Shown here piece after piece: positions 57,790-64,000 of a stretch of DNA of 64,000 bases. The position numbers were made by a program, and so were the translations under genes. Location of the stretch: NCBI GenBank assembly GCA_002269645.1, contig NIVC01001762.1, positions 62,001 to 126,000 on the forward strand, written 5' to 3'. This DNA is from Macrostomum lignano. Its lineage: Eukaryota. Below the pieces are notes generated by a model, which saw nothing but the letters and a program-made list of their open reading frames with translations, ran no database searches and had not been told where the DNA came from. Positions within the stretch are counted from its first letter, which is position 1. The number at the start of each line of letters is the position of its first letter.

Positions 57790-59489
57790 TGACCCTGTCG
57801 GGCTATTTGAAGTAATTTTTCAATAATAAGTATCTAGTATTGTAGCTAGCTTTTTCATTTATTTTTAAACTAATTCTCGATTTTTTAAACCAAGGATCAA
57901 ATGACCAGAACCTCTTTTTTTAAAAAACAGTTTGAAAAGGTTAAAGTGAAACTCAGATAAAGAATATCACATAGCACATCAGAATCAGATGTATTAACAA
58001 CTTAGTTCCAATAAAATATTACGTTTGAATTCATTCAACGTCAACAGACTTCGAGTTCACTATTTTAAACAAATGTTAGGAAGCATCAGCAGCAAAAGCA
58101 CTATTATGGTTTCAGGCTTAGTAGTTTAATTTCAGGACAAATAAAAGTTTTAAGATGTAATTGCTATCTAAAGATATTGATTGTAATATCTGCGTCAAAG
58201 TATTATGTAAATTTATCTAACTAGTTGTTGACCTGAGAAGGAAACTTGTATTCCTGATAACTTAGTTGTAGCCACAGATACTAAAAACACTAGATGGGTC
58301 ACTTAATACAAATTAAGTATTAAGTACACATTAAGTACACAGATTCCTTCAATGGCAGTTGATTTACCTAGCGCAGCTCCACTAGAACCAACTGCGTCTT
58401 GCTCTGCATCATTTCTACGACTGCATGCATGAATGGAAAAATGAGGATCCGAAATGTTATAAATTTTTAATCTACAATACATCATAATCAAAATATAGAA
58501 TTAACATTTATATCCAAAAAACTCTATACAGACGCCCAATAAGTAGCTTATTCACATGAAATTAGGCGAGTGCAGACCCTCTAGTGTTTTTATTGTCCCA
58601 TGAGTGCAGATAATGAAAAAAGCGTGCAGATAATGAAAAAAGCGTGCAGATAATAGCGTGTCTATGGTCACTAAGAAAATGTCTATGTTAGGAACTCCTA
58701 GCTGCAGGAACAAAAAGCGTGCAGATAATAAAGTACAGTGCTGTGACGAAGAATTTTTTCAACGCACGCTCAGTCATGGGACAATATGCCTACTACTAGG
58801 CTTACTCGTAAACCTAGGGTCACTCGAAAGCCTAGTAGTAATCTTACATTATCTATGGTTGTAGCATTTTAAAAATTGGGCCATCAATTCACATTAGCAT
58901 AGTAGTACTTTGTTGTCTTGTTAATTGCAGCTACATGTACATGTATCGACGTAAAGTAGATTCCCAACTAAAGTTAACTAAAGTAGAACGGACCATTTTG
59001 TCTGTCCATAGGTCAGACAGAAATCAGAAATTGCTTTCCTTTTGAACTCTTGTGCTTAATGCTACAAGTACAAGCTAATGACTCGCTGTAAAGAACAACG
59101 AAAAATACCGCGTTTTTACCATGCAGACAGCAAGTACTTCTAGTCTAGAAGTCCTTGGCAGACAGTAGACGACAAGCTCTTGTCTGTACTTACCGGATTT
59201 CCGCGGTACCGACGTGTCCTCGCCGTCCAGGTTCCGCACCAGGTCAGGAGCAGCTGATGCTACCCGCACCTTAAGCAAACCTGGATGCCTTAACTGGATG
59301 TCATAAACCTTGCTAGCCGAAAGGCGTTGCCTGCCCTGCATTGCTGCCTGTGGCTCACCGACACCGCTGGGGCATCGTAGATACTGAGCTCTCGAGAGAG
59401 AGCTAACAACAGGACCCTGACCCTGGATGCTGACGCCGTCAACAGCCCTCCGTGCGCAGGCTCTAAGACCATATGCCAGTGATACGTCA

Positions 59490-60082
59490 TTGAGATACGT
59501 CATTGAGATGCGTCATTGACATGCGTCATTTGAGAAGCGTCAGAGATAATCAGTTAGATGCGTCAGTGAGATACGTCAGTGAGGGAGATACGCCAGTGAG
59601 GTACATCAGTGAGGGAGATACGTCAGTGAGATACGTCAGTGAGGGAGATACGTCAGTGAGATACGTCAGTGAGGTACATCAGTGAGGGAGATACGTCAGT
59701 GAGGTACATCAGTGAGGGAGATACGTCAGTGAGGTACATCAGTGAGGGAGATACGTCAGTGGGGTACATCAGTGAGGGAGATATGTCAGTGAGATACATC
59801 AGTGAGATACGTCAGTGAGGGAGATACGTCAGTGGGGTACATCAGTGAGGGAGATATGTCAGTGAGATACATCAGTGAGATACGTCAGTGAGGGAGATAC
59901 GTCAGTGAGGTACATCAGTGAGGGAGATATGTCAGTGAGATACATCAGTGAGGGAGATATGTCAGTGAGATACGTCAGTGAGATACATCAGTGAGATACA
60001 TCAGTGAGATACGTCAGTGAGATACGTCAGTGAGATACGTCAGTGAGGGAGAAATGTCAGTGAGATACATCAGTGAGGTACG
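59490..60082. repeat. 13-17-bp minisatellite GTGAG(GGAG)ATACGTCA
   Basis: Direct reading. Confidence 0.93.
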
Positions 60083-60392
60083 CGCACTCTTATTGAGATA
60101 ATGAGAAATTAAAAGGCAATAAAACCCTCAATTCAATGCGACTTCTCTCGTATTTCTCCTAAGTACCGCTCGTACGCTCGTAAAACGCCATGCAGTGCAA
60201 CAATCGCGCATCAATTGATTTTGTTTTATTGAGCATCAAGTGCAGTTCGAATTGGTCATGAACTCGTGAGGCTGACTGATTAATCCATGCAACCATTTTT
60301 TCTGCGACAGACTATTTCCATCGCTCAACAACGTGGCTGGGGGGGGGATTGCACAGATGCTCAATCGCTCAAGATGCTTAAGCTAGAGGCTT

Positions 60393-61302
60393 CTAAACCA
60401 GAGCGTAGAAATCCCCCACGACGCTGCTCAGATTCGTAGGGACCAGCGGAAACTTCAGCAGGTAGCAGGGGTTGCTGCCTGCGGCCTGCTGGTTGAATAA
60501 CACACCCTGGCAGTCAGCCATGGAGCAGAGGCTGGCGCACTGGCGGACAGTAAAAGCTTCAGCAAGTGAGTAGAGCGGCTGGGTGTACGAGCTCACGGCC
60601 TCAACAATCGGCTTGCCAGCCTGCAGTCGGAGCAGCCCATTTTCTGAAATCACGTGGGCGGGATCAGGCAGTAAAATTGAAAAAAAAATTATGCATTAAA
60701 CGCAATTATCCGCGCGCTTGTGTGCCTTCTTAGGGGAGTCGGCGGAATGGGCAGTAATGCCTCTCGCCCGTTGTGTAACAATGTCACCTAAAGTACCCTG
60801 GCGTGCACACAGCCCCCGGCCTCTAACTAAAAACGACCGCATCACCGACCTGCATGACGCGCTCACCTTGGTAGGTCAGTTCGAAGACGGAGTTGCGACT
60901 GGCGGCGCCGCACACCTGCGAGCTGTTGCCTTTGCACTCCTGGTTGCACTGCGACTCCGGAGCCTCACCGTACGCCCCGTAGTGGTTGCCGCAATAGCAG
61001 CCGATGGCAGACTGCAGCCCCATGTAGGGGAAGCCGGCAGTTGAGCACACGTCCAAGCACAGCTGCCAGGTCATGCTGCCAGACACGTAGAAAGGTCCTG
61101 TACCACCTTTGCTGTAGTCGCCAATCTTGTGGAGGCCAACAAGGCCGTTGATTTCCGGCAAGCCGCCAACATAGTCCAGGTAGCAGCCCAGGTACTTCAT
61201 GCTGACTACCTGCCGGCCGGCGGAGATGGCAGCCGGAAGCAGCACAAGGAGAGCGCAGGCTGGCACGGCCAGCTTCAAGAATTGACGGCTTGACGGCTTC
61301 AT
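60393..61302 (-). CDS. Secreted WSC-domain protein with C-terminal PAN/apple-like module; exons 61302-60867, 60643-60393
   Basis: Signal peptide; WSC pattern YLGCYLD...MTWQLCLDVC...GFPYMGLQ...CYCG...CNQECKGNSSQVCG; exon 2 CASLC...CQGVLF...CYL; phase 1 junction; AATAAA on - at about 60225-60230. Confidence 0.85.
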
Positions 61303-61574
61303 TGAACTGCGGGTTAATGTGGCAGGCTTGGAGTCTTCGGTCTGACAAACAAGGCTTTGACTTTAGGAATCAAATCAGCAGCGATTCCTTAGTCTGCTCG
61401 ACTGAAGCGGCAACACCCAATTTATAATTTGTTCCGTTCAGAATTCCCAGCCGATGATGCCACTTAATTGAAAATGCAGAGATTGAAATATTGATTTTAC
61501 GTTCAGTATTCAATATCCGGTATTAGCACTCTTCTGTGGTGCAAGGTGTCAGTGCTCCAGTGCTTCAAGTATTG

Positions 61575-62865
61575 GAGCATTGCAGTGTTACAGTGATGCA
61601 GTGCTGCAGTGCTGCAGTGCTGCAGTGATGCAGTGTTGCTGTGTTGCAGTTATGAAGCATTGCAGTGTTGCAGTGTTGCAGTGATGAAGTGTTGCAGTGA
61701 TACAGTGATGCAGTGATGCAGTTATGAAGCATTGTAGTGATACAGTGTTGCAGTATTGCAGTGATGAAGCCTTGCAGTGTTGCAGTGTTGCAGTGTTGCA
61801 GTGTTGCAGTGTTGCAGTATTGAGGTGTTGCAGTGTTGCAGTGATGCAGTGTTGCAGTGTTGCAGTGTTGCAGTGATGCAGTGTTGCAGTGTTGCAGTGA
61901 TGCAGTGTTGCAGTGTTGCAGTGATGCAGCGATGAAGCATTGCAGTGTTGCAGTTTTGCAGTGTTGCAGTGATGCAGTGATGAAGTGTTGCAGTGATGCA
62001 GTGATGAAGTGTTGCAGTGTTGCAGTGATGCAGTGATGCAGTGTTGCAGTGTTGCAGTGTTGCAGTGTTGCAGTGTTGCAGTGTTGCAGTGTTGCAGTGT
62101 TGCAGTGATGAAGCATTGCTGTGTTGCAGTGTTGCAGTGATGCAGTGTTGCAGTGATGCAGTGATGCAGTGTTGCAGTGTTGCAGTGTTGCAGTGTTGCA
62201 GTGTTGCAGTGATGCAGTGTTGCAGTGTTGCAGTGTTGCAGTGATGCAGTGATGCAGTGTTGCAGTGTTGCAGTGTTGCAGTGTTGCAGTGATGAAGCAT
62301 TGCAGTGATGCAGTGATGAAGTGTTGCAGTGATGCAGTGTTGCAGTGGTTCAGTGATGCAGTGATGCAGTGTTGCAGTGTTGCAGTGTTGCAGTGATGAA
62401 GCATTGCTGTGTTGCAGTGTTGCAGTGATGCAGTGTTGCAGTGTTGCAGTGATGCAGTGTTGCAGTGTTGCAGTGATGCAGTGTTGCAGTGTTGCAGTGT
62501 TGCAGTGATGCAGTGATGCAGTGTTGCAGTGATGCAGTGATGAAGTGTTGCAGTGATGCAGTGTTGCAGTGGTGCAGTGATGCAGTGATGCAGTGTTGCA
62601 GTGTTGCAGTGTTGCAGTGTTGCAGTATTGAGGTGTTGCAGTGTTGCAGTGATGCAGTCTTGCAGTGTTGCAGTGTTGCAGTGATGCAGTCTTGCAGTGT
62701 TGCAGTGTTGCAGTGATGCAGTATTGCAGTGTTGCAGTGTTGCAGTGATGCAGTCTTGCAGTGTTGCAGTGTTGCAGTGATGCAGTCTTGCAGTGTTGCA
62801 GTGTTGCAGTGATGCAGTATTGAGGTGTTGCAGTGTTGCAGTGATGCAGTATTGAGGTATTTTAG
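61575..62865. repeat. 8-bp satellite (TGCAGTGT/TGCAGTGA)n
   Basis: Direct reading. Confidence 0.97.
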
Positions 62866-63397
62866 TGTTTGCCAGCTCATCGCAGCCCTTTTGCTACTGA
62901 GATTCTCACGACAGATTAAGCCGAGTAGCTGGAGCGGCTCATCAAAGAGCGGCTCTGATCTGAGGGTTTCCGTTGCCATGGTTTCTGCTGCATATTTTCT
63001 CAATGTTTAGAACAGCAAACAAATCAGGGCCTTTGAAATTGCCAACGATTTGATTGTAAAACAGAATTTTTTCGCTTCTATAGCTTAATCAGAATTAATG
63101 CTCCTAAAGGGCCCTTTGTTTGCCTGATTTGCTGATGCTTCAAGTGATAGCACCATCCTTGTTCTGTCCGCTTCTCACTACCTGCCAAATAAACCTGCGG
63201 CGAAGTCTGTAGCTCGCTCAGCTTTGATAATTGCGATAAATATCGCCAATATGCAGCCTGACTATCGATCAGAAAATTCTGCACACTTTTTTTTAATTTG
63301 CATCATACAGTATTCTAGCTCAAATTTTCTACTTGTTAGTAGGAGATCGCGCATGTTCGGTTGGGTTAAAATAGTTTTAGTGCTAAAGGGTGTAAAC

Positions 63398-64000
63398 AGC
63401 GGAAGCGACAGCGGAAGCGACAGCGGAAGCGACAGCGGAAGCGACAGCGGAAGCGACAGCGGAAGCGACAGCGGAAGCGACAGCGGAAGCGACAGCGGAA
63501 GCGACAGCGGAAGCGACAGCGGAAGCGACAGCGGAAGCGACAGCGGAAGCGACAGCGGAAGCGACAGCGGAAGCGACAGCGGAAGCGACAGCGGAAGCGA
63601 CAGCGGAAGCGACAGCGGAAGCGACAGCGGAAGCGACAGCGGAAGCGACAGCGGAAGCGACAGCGGAAGCGACAGCGGAAGCGACAGCGGAAGCGACAGC
63701 GGAAGCGACAGCGGAAGCGACAGCGGAAGCGACAGCGGAAGCGACAGCGGAAGCGACAGCGGAAGCGACAGCGGAAGCGACAGCGGAAGCGACAGCGGAA
63801 GCGACAGCGGAAGCGACAGCGGAAGCGACAGCGGAAGCGACAGCGGAAGCGACAGCGGAAGCGACAGCGGAAGCGACAGCGGAAGCGACAGCGGAAGCGA
63901 CAGCGGAAGCGACAGCGGAAGCGACAGCGGAAGCGACAGCGGAAGCGACAGCGGAAGCGACAGCGGAAGCGACAGCGGAAGCGACAGCGGAAGCGACAGC
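63398..64000. repeat. Perfect 12-bp repeat (GACAGCGGAAGC)n running off the window end
   Basis: About 50 identical copies. Confidence 0.98.

Noticed and set aside
62350-63003. 217-aa minus ORF as a gene
   Set aside because: Mostly the 8-bp satellite; the unique ~45 codons have no recognisable motif and could be 5' UTR of the WSC gene.
1-64000. tRNA, rRNA, SL RNA genes, transposase or reverse transcriptase ORFs
   Set aside because: No sequence I could recognise as any of these.

Overview
Eukaryotic (animal) genomic DNA with spliceosomal GT-AG introns, GC-rich exons and a different tandem repeat filling almost every longer intron. This style is consistent with a Macrostomum-type flatworm (inference only). 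By hand-splicing with phase checks I support: on +, the 3' end of a TPD52-family gene whose last intron contains an intronless 420-aa orphan ORF, and a 6-exon LRP11-like gene (MANSC-LDLa-TM, ending DYLINGMYL); on -, a small orphan membrane-protein gene and six co-oriented genes (secreted WSC+PAN protein, endosomal Na+/H+ exchanger SLC9A6/7/9, an RRM-RS-Periphilin C-terminal-domain protein, ZnT6/SLC30A6, a compact PARG, and a ~590-aa orphan). Most long ORFs in the track are translations of tandem repeats. Most interesting: the RRM-fused periphilin (HUSH-component-like) gene, a possible trans-spliced operon (ZnT6-PARG), a minisatellite that amplifies a splice donor, minisatellites carrying full-length TF consensus sites, and sharply bounded CpG-depleted domains. 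Repeat boundaries are approximate; all family calls are from recognised motifs, not database searches.
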